Assembly: GCA_038230375.1 (NCBI GenBank)
Contig: JBBRNJ010000007.1
Span: 96,001-160,000, forward strand
Length of the DNA stretch: 64,000 bases
Direction: 5' to 3'
From: Polyangiales bacterium
GTDB taxonomy: Bacteria; Myxococcota_A; Polyangia; Polyangiales; Polyangiaceae
Part shown: in pieces, positions 1 to 9,595 of the stretch
Layout: each line of letters begins with the position of its first letter
Numbering within the stretch: the first letter of the stretch is position 1
The notes under the pieces: generated by a model
Database searches by the model: none
Told to the model about the DNA's origin: nothing
What the model saw: only the letters and a program-made list of their open reading frames with translations
Translations under genes and position numbers: made by a program

Positions 1-140
1 ATGCGAACGCGCTGCTCGGGAGTCACCTCCACCGCCGGTTGCGCATGAGCCTGCGCGGGATTCTCAGGAGCATGAGGCTCCTCGTGCGCGGGCTCCTCCT
101 CCGGTGTGTCCGGACTCGCGCCTGGTTTCGGATCGCTCAT
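1..140 (-). CDS. 5' part of a hypothetical protein running off the window edge
   Basis: ATG at 140 opens MSDPKPGASPDTPEEEPAHEEPHAPENPAQ... with no stop before position 1; not in the ORF track. Confidence 0.5.
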   Translation of the reverse strand, partial: MSDPKPGASPDTPEEEPAHEEPHAPENPAQAHAQPAVEVTPEQRVR

Positions 141-161
141 AGACCAGGAGCACGATATCAC

Positions 162-299
162 TTCGACAACGACTTCGACTTCGACTTCGACAACGACAAC
201 GACATCGACATCGACATCGACAACGACCTCGACCTCGACCTCGACCTCGACCTCGACAACGACAACGACTTCGACCACGACCACGACCTCGACTTCGAC
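162..299. repeat. Hexamer tandem array (NNCGAC)x23
   Basis: Units TTCGAC/AACGAC/ATCGAC/CTCGAC/CACGAC in perfect 6-nt phase, between divergent genes. Confidence 0.95.
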
Positions 300-382
300 C
301 TTCGCTGACCTGAACGCGTGTCATCATCCGGCAGGGGTGATTCCGCGATGTTGCTTGATAGGTTGCAGCGGTCTCTGCCATC

Positions 383-1234
383 TTGGATGTGGTGGTGAGT
401 CGTTGTTTACACTGTTTTGCTCGTTTGCTTTCGGTCGCGCTCGCGCTCGTGGCCATCTCGCGCGACGTGCTCGCTGACGAGGTTGCTTGCCCCGGCGGCA
501 AGACCATCTCCGAGGCGACCGATGGTCACTGCTGCTGGCCGGGGCAGGCGTGGGATGTGGACACGCTGGCCTGCTTCGGCACGCCGCGATGCCCGGCGGG
601 TATGCAGAGAGATGGTAAGGCGTGCATCCGCGCGCCGCTGCCGTCGCCTGCGCCACAACCTGCTGGTCCGCTGCCGTCCCTTCCTTCGAGCTCGGCCGAA
701 CCTGCCACGCCGACAACGCCGCCGACTGCATCGTCGAGCGCGGTGTCCGATCAACCGCGCGCATCCGATCCGTATGTCGGCCCGCCAAGAACGCTACAGG
801 AGGCGTTCGGGAAGAGCACGCCCACACGCGATCCTGTTCCTGTCTGGCCATTCCTGGTCGTGGCGGGCACGGTTCTCGTTCCTGTCGGCTATGTCACCGG
901 GCTGTGGGCCGCGCTGCCGACAGGAGGCGACTTTTCCTGCACGCACGGCTCCGCATCTGCGCTCATCCCGATCGTCGGGCCCATCCTGCGCGTCGGCGAC
1001 TTCGGGCCACGCTATGTGGGTTCGTCAACGACGGACTGCGGAGAGAATCGCGCGCCGGTCGTGGCGTTTGCGATCATGAGCGAGGCGCTGCAGTTCAGCG
1101 GGCTCGCGGCCTATGCAGGCGCGGCGATCCTGTTCGCGACGAGCGATCCCGCGCCTCGGCGTGCGGGCATCACGATCTTGCCCGGCGCGGCCGGTGCCCC
1201 GCTCGGTGCGACTCTTCATGTCGCGACGTTCTGA
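383..1234 (+). CDS. Hypothetical exported/membrane protein with Cys-rich N-terminal module
   Basis: Signal-like segment, CPGG...HCCWPGQAW...C...CPAG...C module, Pro-rich linker, C-terminal hydrophobic helices; start uncertain. Confidence 0.7.
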   Translation: MDVVVSRCLHCFARLLSVALALVAISRDVLADEVACPGGKTISEATDGHCCWPGQAWDVDTLACFGTPRCPAGMQRDGKACIRAPLPSPAPQPAGPLPSLPSSSAEPATPTTPPTASSSAVSDQPRASDPYVGPPRTLQEAFGKSTPTRDPVPVWPFLVVAGTVLVPVGYVTGLWAALPTGGDFSCTHGSASALIPIVGPILRVGDFGPRYVGSSTTDCGENRAPVVAFAIMSEALQFSGLAAYAGAAILFATSDPAPRRAGITILPGAAGAPLGATLHVATF

Positions 1235-1238
1235 TCGG

Positions 1239-2297
1239 TCAGAGGGCGAGGAGCCAGCGCTCGAAGGCGGTGTCCAGCTCTTCGGGGGTCTTCTGCATCA
1301 CGTTGTGGAACGCGACGAGGCCCTTGTGGTCGTCCGCGTAGCCGTCGCGGAAGCCGTGGTAGAACGACCAGAGCTTGTTCTGGCTGTCCATCCACTGGCA
1401 GACGTAGCGTGCGAGCGCATAGTTGCGGCCCTCGTTGTCGCCGCGGAACTCTTCATCGCTGATGTGGAACAGCGTGGAGAGCTTCACGTGACCGGGATCG
1501 CGCCGCATGGCCTCGCGCAGGATCGGGTAGCGCCAGTTCTTGGCGCCGTGAATCTCTCCCTTGCGCGGGATGACGGGCGCCTCGAACACGCTTGCGATGC
1601 CTTCGTTGAGCCACGTGGGGGCGTCGTTGAAGTCGGCCTCGACCAGCGGATGCACCAGCTCGTGGGTGAGCGTGCCCAGTCCAAGCCCCGCGTTCATCAC
1701 CATGGCGCGGTTCGACGGCTGGTAGAAGCCGTAGATGCTCATGCACGGGTTCTCGTTGAACTCGGACTTGCAGAACGCGTTGTACGGCTGCGCGCGCGGG
1801 AACAGATACACCGTGATCGCACGCTCCGGCTTCTTGTCGAAGCGACCCGTGTAGAATGCAGTCATTGCATTCTGCATGAGCGACACGCTGGTCTGTAGCT
1901 CCGCTTGCGTCCAACCCGGCGGCGCGACGACGACATAGCTGTCGAGCACGGTGGTGAGCGTGCCGCGACCGAGCTTCTGTTTGGCGTAGTCCGAACGCGC
2001 GCGGAGATCCTGTGCCAGATCGTACGGCACGGGCGGCGTGACGGGCGTGACCGGCTGGAGCGCGGCCGCCTGCGGCAGTCCTTGTGGCGCATTCTGGAGC
2101 GACGGCGTGGTGCCGTTGGCCATCGCTGCGGCCCGCGGCGCCTGGGCGGCCTGGCCTGCTGGGTCGGCGAGTGCCTCGGGCTCCGTGGGCGAAGGCGGCT
2201 CGCGGCCAGAGACATCCTGCGAGCGCGGGGTCTCCTGAGGAGCCCGGCATGCAGCCAGCGTCAGAACGAGGGGGATCAGGCGGCGGGCGAGCGACAT
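1239..2297 (-). CDS. Lipoprotein, zinc metallopeptidase (gluzincin/peptidase MA-like)
   Basis: MSLARRLIPLVLTLAAC lipobox; THELVH plus downstream WLNEGIA motif. Confidence 0.8.
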   Translation of the reverse strand: MSLARRLIPLVLTLAACRAPQETPRSQDVSGREPPSPTEPEALADPAGQAAQAPRAAAMANGTTPSLQNAPQGLPQAAALQPVTPVTPPVPYDLAQDLRARSDYAKQKLGRGTLTTVLDSYVVVAPPGWTQAELQTSVSLMQNAMTAFYTGRFDKKPERAITVYLFPRAQPYNAFCKSEFNENPCMSIYGFYQPSNRAMVMNAGLGLGTLTHELVHPLVEADFNDAPTWLNEGIASVFEAPVIPRKGEIHGAKNWRYPILREAMRRDPGHVKLSTLFHISDEEFRGDNEGRNYALARYVCQWMDSQNKLWSFYHGFRDGYADDHKGLVAFHNVMQKTPEELDTAFERWLLAL

Positions 2298-2393
2298 GGG
2301 CTGTTCGACCCAGCCTCCGACGTTTCGTTGGGCGAAAGGATCTGCGCGATTGCGATTGCGGCCGCACTTTCCCGTTCGCACGGGCAGCCGCGC

Positions 2394-2422
2394 TTGACCC
2401 GCTGCCTTTCGCAGCGAAAGAT
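2394..2422 (+). promoter_or_regulatory. Putative sigma70-type promoter with a 15-bp palindrome over the spacer and -10
   Basis: TTGACC-N17-AAAGAT; CTTTCGC-A-GCGAAAG at 2406-2420. Confidence 0.35.
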
Positions 2423-2428
2423 GTACGT

Positions 2429-2875
2429 GTGAGTAAGAATCGCCCGAGGTCACTTGTTCGCATCGCAGGCGTTGGCCTCGTCGCTGTCCTGGTCGCGTGC
2501 GGTAGCGGCGGCGGCGGCAGCACGGCGCCCGGGACGTTCAGCGGCGATCCGGTAGCGAACGCGATGTCCGAGTCCGGCGCAGTCCAGATGACCGCGCGAA
2601 CCTCCCCGAACCCGATCGAACGCGGAGAGGTCGTGCTGCAGCTCACCGCGAAAGACACGAAGGGCATCCCCCTCGATGGCGTCGTGATCAACGCCGTTCC
2701 CTGGATGCCAGCGATGGGCCACGGAGCCTCCACCGTCCCAGCGGTCACCGCGAAGGGCAACGGAGTCTACGAGCTCACCAACGTGAACCTGTTCATGCCG
2801 GGCCACTGGGAGCTCCGAATAACGATGACGGGCGCCATCACAGACAAGACAACGCTGTCCTTCGACGTCCCCTAG
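2429..2875 (+). CDS. YtkA/FixH-like lipoprotein
   Basis: Lipobox VLVAC; WMPAMGHG motif; LFMPGHWEL Ig-like C-terminus; GTG start inferred. Confidence 0.8.
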   Translation: MSKNRPRSLVRIAGVGLVAVLVACGSGGGGSTAPGTFSGDPVANAMSESGAVQMTARTSPNPIERGEVVLQLTAKDTKGIPLDGVVINAVPWMPAMGHGASTVPAVTAKGNGVYELTNVNLFMPGHWELRITMTGAITDKTTLSFDVP

Positions 2876-2878
2876 TCT

Positions 2879-3559
2879 CTACTGCTCGACGCAGAACAAC
2901 GCGTGTTTCAAGCTGCACGAGCTCCGCACGTCCCCCGCGCCGAACCCGTTCACTGCGTTCAAGTTCGTCGAATCGTCGCTCCCGATCGTCGCATCGTCCG
3001 CGCCAGCGACAGACGTCCAGCTGAGGCAGTCATGCGTGGAAGCAAGCCCGTTCGAATCGCTGCCGGACCACACCTCGGTGGCCGCCACGTAGCCGTTCTC
3101 GTCTCTCAGCGTCGTGAATGACGTGGCGAGAAAGTCATTCTTCGTCAGGTAGGCCGTCTCCTCGTTCATCGTCGCGTACGGCCCGGTGCTGGTCACGCGC
3201 GAGAGCGCACCGGTCTTGCCGCTCGACACGAGCGCGACGAACGTCGTCGAGTAGCCGGCCGACTCGGCGGCCGCCTGACACTTCGCGTCCGCGCCGTTCG
3301 AGCCACCGAGGTTTGCGGGAAACAAGTCGTGCGTGATGAACACGTGCTTGGAAGGAAGCTTCGCGCTGGTGTCCGGCGTCGAGCCACCGGTGGAGCTGGA
3401 AGAAGACGAGGAAGAAGAAGAGGAAGTGCTGCTGTGGCTGCAACCGCTGGAGCTGGAGGACCCGTCGCCGTGGTGGTCACCGAAATGATGCTCGAGCGTC
3501 GAGATGGCCTGCGGGCTCAGGGTCATCACGGCGGCAAGGAGGGCAGGAAAGCGAAGCAT
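2879..3559 (-). CDS. Secreted DUF1554/endostatin-like domain protein
   Basis: NLGGSNGADAKCQAAA, VWSGS, C-terminal LFCVEQ; Ser-rich linker. Confidence 0.75.
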   Translation of the reverse strand: MLRFPALLAAVMTLSPQAISTLEHHFGDHHGDGSSSSSGCSHSSTSSSSSSSSSSSTGGSTPDTSAKLPSKHVFITHDLFPANLGGSNGADAKCQAAAESAGYSTTFVALVSSGKTGALSRVTSTGPYATMNEETAYLTKNDFLATSFTTLRDENGYVAATEVWSGSDSNGLASTHDCLSWTSVAGADDATIGSDDSTNLNAVNGFGAGDVRSSCSLKHALFCVEQ

Positions 3560-3678
3560 GGGGAGACATGAAGCAATGCGCGGGCCACAACGCGAGCGCA
3601 TGAGAAGGCTCGTCTTTTCCGGGGCAGAGGGGCATGGAGTCAACGCGCATTCACGCCTGCTGGTATAGGATTGTCCGC

Positions 3679-5031
3679 ATGTCCTCGCGCGTTCGGAGTG
3701 GGTGCGCCGCGCTGTTCGCCGCCATCGCAGCCGTCGCAGCCTGCCATGACGACGGCACGCCCAGGCCCTCGGCCACGGTCGCGGACCTCCAGGATCCGAA
3801 CACGTGCGCGAGCTGTCACGCGTCGCAGGTAGAGGAGTGGCGGGGCAGCATGCACGCGTACGCGGCGGAGGACCCCATCTTCCTCGCCATGCAGAAGCGC
3901 GCACAGCGCGAGACGAACGGACAGATCGGGACGCTCTGCGCGGGCTGTCATGCGCCCATCGCCGTGCGCGAGGGACTCACCACGGACGGCCTGAACCTGG
4001 CCTCGCTGCCCGCACAGAAGCGCGGCGTCACCTGCTACTTCTGCCACAGCGCAACCGACACGACGGATTCGCACAACAACGCGATCACCCTGAGCGACGA
4101 CCTCGTGCTGCGCGGCGACATCCGCGACCCGAAGGCGAACGCGTTCCACGCCTCCACCTACTCCACGCTGCACGACGGCGACGACCTCCACGCCTCCGCG
4201 CTCTGCGGCACCTGCCACGATGTCGTGAACCCTGCAGGCGTCCCGGTGGAGTCGTCGTTCGCCGAGTGGCAGAAGTCTCTCTTCTCGCATGACGTCGCCG
4301 GACAGAAGCTCACCTGCCAGGGCTGTCACATGCCGGGTCACGACGCCCCCATTGCGCAGGGCGGTCCGCCGCGTCGCGCGCACGATCACACCATGCCCGC
4401 GGTCGACGTCGCAGTGATCCCGTTCGCACAGGCGGAGTCGCAGGCGTCGGAGGTGCAGTCGAACCTTGATCCCGCCCTGGTCGCGAAGATGTGTGTCCGC
4501 CCACCGCAGCAGGGCGACACAGTAGAGGTCACGCTCGACAACGCGTTCGTGGGGCACAACTTCCCCAGCGGCGCCGCGCACGATCGCCGCGTGTGGCTGG
4601 AGCTCATCGGCTACCAGGCAGACAAGATCGTCTATCAGAGCGGCGTGTTCGCAGACGGTCAGGAGATCTCGGCCGCGAAGGATCCCAGCCTGTGGCTGTT
4701 CGCAGACACGCTCTACGACAAGGACAAGAAGGTCGTTCCGTTCCTCTGGCAGGCCGCGTCCCAGGAGGTGGTCGCGCTGCCCTTTGCCGTAACAAGCGAT
4801 CCGAAGGACCCCGCGTTCTACCACGCAAAGGTGAGGACGTTCCCGGTGCCCGCAAACGCAGACCGCATCACCATGCGCGTTCGCATCGTCGCGTTCGGCC
4901 CCGAGATCCTCGCTGACCTCGTGAAGTCTGGTGATCTGGATCCGGCGATCGCGAAGAAGGTCGTACCGCTCTCGCTCGGCGGGACCACGCTCGAGTGGAA
5001 GACGGCGCTGGGATACAAGTGCGTGCCGTAG
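3679..5031 (+). CDS. Multiheme c-type cytochrome lipoprotein (5 CxxCH)
   Basis: CASCH, CAGCH, CYFCH, CGTCH, CQGCH; lipobox VAAC; GHNFPSG motif. Confidence 0.9.
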   Translation: MSSRVRSGCAALFAAIAAVAACHDDGTPRPSATVADLQDPNTCASCHASQVEEWRGSMHAYAAEDPIFLAMQKRAQRETNGQIGTLCAGCHAPIAVREGLTTDGLNLASLPAQKRGVTCYFCHSATDTTDSHNNAITLSDDLVLRGDIRDPKANAFHASTYSTLHDGDDLHASALCGTCHDVVNPAGVPVESSFAEWQKSLFSHDVAGQKLTCQGCHMPGHDAPIAQGGPPRRAHDHTMPAVDVAVIPFAQAESQASEVQSNLDPALVAKMCVRPPQQGDTVEVTLDNAFVGHNFPSGAAHDRRVWLELIGYQADKIVYQSGVFADGQEISAAKDPSLWLFADTLYDKDKKVVPFLWQAASQEVVALPFAVTSDPKDPAFYHAKVRTFPVPANADRITMRVRIVAFGPEILADLVKSGDLDPAIAKKVVPLSLGGTTLEWKTALGYKCVP

Positions 5032-6260
5032 CAGAACCCACACCGCCAGCTGCAGTCGCAGAGCGCATCGACAACGTGCGCGTCATTCCGGGCTCTTCGG
5101 CCCGTCGCGCGCGCGTGACGTTCGCCGTGTTCCCGGCGCTGCTCTATCTGATGGCCATCATCTTACCGGCGATCGTGATCGATCCCGGATACCTCGCGCT
5201 GTTCTTCGTGCCCGCGCCGGTCCTGCTCATTTACATGCTGAGGCTGAAGCCCAGCCCGCGAACCTCCACGCTCGAGATCGGGCCCGGCATGGTCCGCGAG
5301 CGCCGGCCTTTCGGACTCCGTATCCGTGCGCGCGACGTGACCGGCGTGTCCGCTTGCTCGCACCAGGATGGCTACGCCGTGACCGTGCAGCTCCGGCGCG
5401 ATCCAGCGCCGCACACGTTCGTGGTCAAGGACGAGGCAACGCTTCTCCGCCTGCGCGACGCCCTTGGTGGCGGTCATGATGGCGGCGGGCTCATCGGATG
5501 GCCGACGCAGCGCGATCCGCGCGAGGTGATGCTGACAGCCGTGGGCATGGGCGCGTCTGCGTTCTGTCTTGGTGTCCTGGGCTCACTGTTCGCGTTCGCG
5601 TTTGCGTTCACGCGTGCGTTTCCGAAGCCGCCGCAGAAGGTGGAGAGCATCCTGCTCACGGACCAGGGGCTGATCTGGAACTTTGGCGGTCCACGGGTCT
5701 TTCCCTACGCGCAGATCGGCAGGGCCTCGCGCATCGGGAAGCTCCTGTTCCTGGATCCGGTCAAGCGAACGCCCGGCAGCGCCGACCACGTGACCATCCC
5801 GCTCAAGTCACTGTCCGATGCAGAGATAGATCTGCTCATCAGCCAGCTGGACTCCGCGATCCGTCGATCGCGTGGCGAACGCACGTTGCGTGACAGCGCG
5901 CTCGAGCGCGTGCAGGCGCTCAAGCGAAACGAGTCAGAGCCCATCAAGGAGTGGCTCATTCGCCTCGAGGCCGTGGCTACGGCCCTGCGCGGCAACGACT
6001 ACCGCAGCGTGCCCGTCAACGCTGACGATCTGTGGCGCATCGCGACCGACCCGGACGAGACGTTCGAGGATCGGACCGCTGCGGGCCGCGTACTCATCAA
6101 GGCGCAAGGACCAGCCACGCGCATGCGCGTGGAGACGGCGCTCGCGAACTCACGTGCGCCCGAGCAGCGGATCCGCGTCGCCCTCGACGACGACATCGAT
6201 GTGGCGACCAACGCGCTCACGGAGGACGTGCTCGAACGCAAGAAGCTCATGGCGCGGTGA
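4995..6260 (+). CDS. Hypothetical membrane protein
   Basis: Long ORF with several TM segments, overlapping the cytochrome stop; start may be 5019. Confidence 0.7.
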   Translation: MEDGAGIQVRAVAEPTPPAAVAERIDNVRVIPGSSARRARVTFAVFPALLYLMAIILPAIVIDPGYLALFFVPAPVLLIYMLRLKPSPRTSTLEIGPGMVRERRPFGLRIRARDVTGVSACSHQDGYAVTVQLRRDPAPHTFVVKDEATLLRLRDALGGGHDGGGLIGWPTQRDPREVMLTAVGMGASAFCLGVLGSLFAFAFAFTRAFPKPPQKVESILLTDQGLIWNFGGPRVFPYAQIGRASRIGKLLFLDPVKRTPGSADHVTIPLKSLSDAEIDLLISQLDSAIRRSRGERTLRDSALERVQALKRNESEPIKEWLIRLEAVATALRGNDYRSVPVNADDLWRIATDPDETFEDRTAAGRVLIKAQGPATRMRVETALANSRAPEQRIRVALDDDIDVATNALTEDVLERKKLMAR

Positions 6261-6311
6261 GCGTCGCCCGTGTGCCCGTCACGTGTGGCAGCCGGCTTCC
6301 ATGTTGCCATC

Positions 6312-6725
6312 CTATCGCCGCACGTACCAGGTCACCTTCATCACCGCCACGTCCACGCCGGACGCGGTGAGGGTGACAGCCACGTCGAAGCTCACGCGGC
6401 CGTCCGCCTCAAGACGCTTGCGTATGTCGGCCACGCTCTCGACCAGCGTGCCCTTGGCCGTGACGCGACCCGAAGCCGGCTTCTTGTAATCGATGGTGGC
6501 GCTGCGAGCGACCGGGACACCGCCGAGCTCGCCCATCACCTGCGCGACCGCCACGCCGGATGCGCCCTCGCCGAGCGAGTAGAGCGCGCCCGCATGCACA
6601 GTGCCGATGTGGTTGTGAAGGGTGGCATCATCCGGCAGCGAGAGGACCGTGCCTTCGTCCTCCTGCACGCCCACCTTGCGCATGAAGGGTAGACCGACAA
6701 CGAACGATGTCTCGGGGGTGGTCAT
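6312..6725 (-). CDS. Hotdog-fold thioesterase (PaaI/DUF4442-like)
   Basis: HNHIGTVHAGALYSLGE motif. Confidence 0.85.
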   Translation of the reverse strand: MTTPETSFVVGLPFMRKVGVQEDEGTVLSLPDDATLHNHIGTVHAGALYSLGEGASGVAVAQVMGELGGVPVARSATIDYKKPASGRVTAKGTLVESVADIRKRLEADGRVSFDVAVTLTASGVDVAVMKVTWYVRR

Positions 6726-6886
6726 GGTTCAGAGCTCCTTATGTTACCAAGGGAAACATAGGCCCTGCGACCACGCACGGCAAGCCCGGGTCGCGCCGAC
6801 TCGGCGCGCTGGTTTGTGCCTTCGGGTGGTCGGCAGGTATGCGTTCGGCCAAGGCTACGATATCCTGCCGACAAGGCATGGTCAGC

Positions 6887-8569
6887 ATGGAGGGGGCTCG
6901 CGAGAAGAACCGGGACGAGGCGCCACTCGTCATTGGTCGCTATGCGCTCTTCGACATCATCGCCGCGGGTGGAATGGCCACCGTGCATATCGGACGGTTG
7001 CTCGGTCCCGTCGGGTTCTGTCGGACCGTCGCCGTGAAGCGCCTGCATCCGATGTTCGCGCGTGACCCCGAGTTCGTTTCCATGTTCCTGGACGAGGCGC
7101 GGCTCGCGGCGCGCGTTCGTCATCCGCACGTCATTCAGACCGTTGACGTCGTCGCCACGAAGGGTGAGCTCTTCGTGGTGATGGACTACGTGGAGGGCGA
7201 GTCGCTTGCCCGGCTGATGCGCGCGCTCCGCAACAGCGAGGGCCTGATGCCCCTTCGCGTGGTGTCGGCCATCGTGTCCGGTGCATTGCAGGGCCTACAC
7301 GCAGCGCACGAGGCAAAGGACGAGCGCGGCGCCGATCTCGGGATCGTCCATCGTGACGTGTCGCCGCAGAATGTGCTCGTCGGAGTCGACGGCCTTGCAC
7401 GCGTGCTCGACTTCGGGATCGCGAAGGCGACTGGTCGCATGCAGACCACACGCGAAGGGCAGGTGAAGGGCAAGCTCGCGTACATGGCGCCAGAGCAGGT
7501 CCACGGGGAGACCATGACGCGCACCGCGGACATCTACGCTGCGGCGATCGTGGCGTGGGAGACGATCACGGCGCAGCGCCTCTTCCGCGCCGACAACGAG
7601 TCCGCGGTGCTCGCGAAGGTGCTCGCCGGTGATGTCGCTCCGCCCAGCACGCTCGTACCCGAGGTCCCGAAGGAGCTGGACGCGGTCATCATGCGCGGCC
7701 TCGCGCGCGATCCAGCGCTTCGCTTCGCGACGGCAAAGGAGATGGCGCAGGCGCTCGAGAAGTGCGTGCCGCCCGCCTCTTCTGCGGAGGTCGCCGAGTG
7801 GCTGGCGCCGATCCTCGGGCCGCTCGTGGCGGACCGTGCATCACTGGTCGCGCAGATCGAGACGGACTCGGGCCTGAGCTCGCTCGAGTCGCTCAAGGAG
7901 AGCATGCTCAAGGAGCTGAGCGTACCGCCCGTCGTACGAACGACGACCCGTCTGGAGTCCGCTGCGCAGCAAGCGATAGCGCGGGTCGCAGCAGCCAACG
8001 GGGGGCCCGCGAGCCTGCCTCCTGCGAGCATGCCTCCTGTATCAGCGAGTGCAGCAACTGCGCCGTCGAGCGTCGTGCTCGCGCCTCCGAGCGTCGTGCT
8101 CGCACCTCCCAACATCGTGCCCCTCCCACCGATATCGCACGCCTCCGCTGCGCGCTCCGGGCCCTATCCCAGCGCCGACGTCACTCAGTCCATCCGAAGG
8201 CCAAGAAACAGTGCGTTCGTAGGTTTGATCCTGGGCGCTGGCGTCGTCGTGTTGCTCTTCGGTTGTGCGGTCGCCGTCGTGATGGCGCGCCGAACGCCGG
8301 ACGCCAGCGCCGCAGTTGCTCCCCCGATCGCAGAAACGCCGACCGTCACGCCCACCCCGACGGCTCTCGCAGCGACGGCGACGATGGCCGCGATCGCGCC
8401 CGCGGTGTCGCTCGCCGCGCCCTCCGCCTCCGTTGCCATGACAGCGTCGTCGACCCCCGCGCAGAAGGACCCGTCGGCCCCCGCGCAGCGACGCGGCACG
8501 GGCTCGAAGGCCGGCTCCAAGGATCCCGGCAGCAAGGATCCCTTCCAGGGGATCGGAGGGCGACGTTGA
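6887..8569 (+). CDS. Membrane-anchored Ser/Thr protein kinase
   Basis: AGGMATV, VAVK, HRDVSPQN, DFG, YMAPE; TM helix and Pro/Ala-rich tail. Confidence 0.95.
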   Translation: MEGAREKNRDEAPLVIGRYALFDIIAAGGMATVHIGRLLGPVGFCRTVAVKRLHPMFARDPEFVSMFLDEARLAARVRHPHVIQTVDVVATKGELFVVMDYVEGESLARLMRALRNSEGLMPLRVVSAIVSGALQGLHAAHEAKDERGADLGIVHRDVSPQNVLVGVDGLARVLDFGIAKATGRMQTTREGQVKGKLAYMAPEQVHGETMTRTADIYAAAIVAWETITAQRLFRADNESAVLAKVLAGDVAPPSTLVPEVPKELDAVIMRGLARDPALRFATAKEMAQALEKCVPPASSAEVAEWLAPILGPLVADRASLVAQIETDSGLSSLESLKESMLKELSVPPVVRTTTRLESAAQQAIARVAAANGGPASLPPASMPPVSASAATAPSSVVLAPPSVVLAPPNIVPLPPISHASAARSGPYPSADVTQSIRRPRNSAFVGLILGAGVVVLLFGCAVAVVMARRTPDASAAVAPPIAETPTVTPTPTALAATATMAAIAPAVSLAAPSASVAMTASSTPAQKDPSAPAQRRGTGSKAGSKDPGSKDPFQGIGGRR

Positions 8570-9591
8570 GGCGACTCGGCTTCCCGCGGGTCTCGTGCGT
8601 CCTCGTCGTGACCGCGCTTTTGGTTGCCACGACACGCGCGACGGCGGAACCGACAGCGCAGGAGCGAGGGCTTGCGGACACGCTCTTCCGCGACGCGAAG
8701 GCCATGGTCACGGCGGGGAACGTGGGCCCTGCGTGTCTCAAGTTCGCCGAGAGTCAGCGCCTCGATCCGCAGGTCGGGACGCTGCTGTACCTTGCGACGT
8801 GTCACCAGCAAGAGGGCAAGACGGCCTCGGCCTGGGTCGAGTTCAACGACGCGGCGCATGCAGCACACGCCGCTGGACAGGCGGACCGTGAAACCATGGC
8901 GCGGAGCCGCGCGGTCGCACTCGAGCCCAAGCTCTCACATCTCACGGTGCGCATCGCGAAGGCGGTGGACGCGCAAGCCGTCAAGGTCGACGGCCTTCCG
9001 CTGAACACCTCGGCATGGGGCGCGTCGTTCCCGGTCGACCCGGGAAAGCATGTCGTCGAAGCCTCCGCGCCCGCGCGCACATCGTGGCGGAAGGACATGG
9101 TCCTGGACGCCGGGAGCCAGACCGTTATCGACATACCCGAGCTCGCGCCCGCCGACCCTGGCCCGAAACCGGCGATCGTCGTCTTGCCTTCGCCTGCACC
9201 CGAGCAGCCAGTTGCTCCGCAAGATGACGGCGGGCGGCGTACGTTTGGGTTCGTCGCGCTGGGCATCGGCGGCGCCGGGCTGGTCACGGGTTCCATCTTC
9301 GGAGTGCTCGCGCTCGACGCGAAGAATCAGGCTGCGAAGCTCGGTGACGGTGGTGGTTGCGTCGGCAACCGCTGCACGCAAGCCGTGCTCGACAAGGAGG
9401 GCAACGCACGCACGATGGGTTGGGTGTCCACCGCCGGCTTTGGTCTTGGGGTCGTCGGCGCCGGCGTGGGTGCGTGGCTGCTCCTCACTTCCGGCGGCAA
9501 GGAGCCCGCGAAGGCGGCGCGATCGGGCGTGTCGTTCGCGCCCGTCGTCAACGCGCACGACGTGGGCATGACGGCGGTGGGCTCGTTCTGA
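8566..9591 (+). CDS. TPR/PEGA-like exported membrane protein (kinase partner)
   Basis: ACLKFAESQRLDP TPR-like N-terminus, VDPGKHVVEA PEGA-like domain, C-terminal TMs; TTG start overlaps kinase stop. Confidence 0.8.
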   Translation: MRRLGFPRVSCVLVVTALLVATTRATAEPTAQERGLADTLFRDAKAMVTAGNVGPACLKFAESQRLDPQVGTLLYLATCHQQEGKTASAWVEFNDAAHAAHAAGQADRETMARSRAVALEPKLSHLTVRIAKAVDAQAVKVDGLPLNTSAWGASFPVDPGKHVVEASAPARTSWRKDMVLDAGSQTVIDIPELAPADPGPKPAIVVLPSPAPEQPVAPQDDGGRRTFGFVALGIGGAGLVTGSIFGVLALDAKNQAAKLGDGGGCVGNRCTQAVLDKEGNARTMGWVSTAGFGLGVVGAGVGAWLLLTSGGKEPAKAARSGVSFAPVVNAHDVGMTAVGSF

Positions 9592-9595
9592 ACGC

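Noticed and set aside
39..507. ORFs reading through the hexamer array (poly-XD, poly-ST, poly-RG)
   Set aside because: The repeat lacks stops in several frames, and the ORFs overlap more plausible flanking genes
8068..8109. 21-nt direct repeat (SVVLAPP x2) in the kinase linker
   Set aside because: Ordinary slippage in a low-complexity linker
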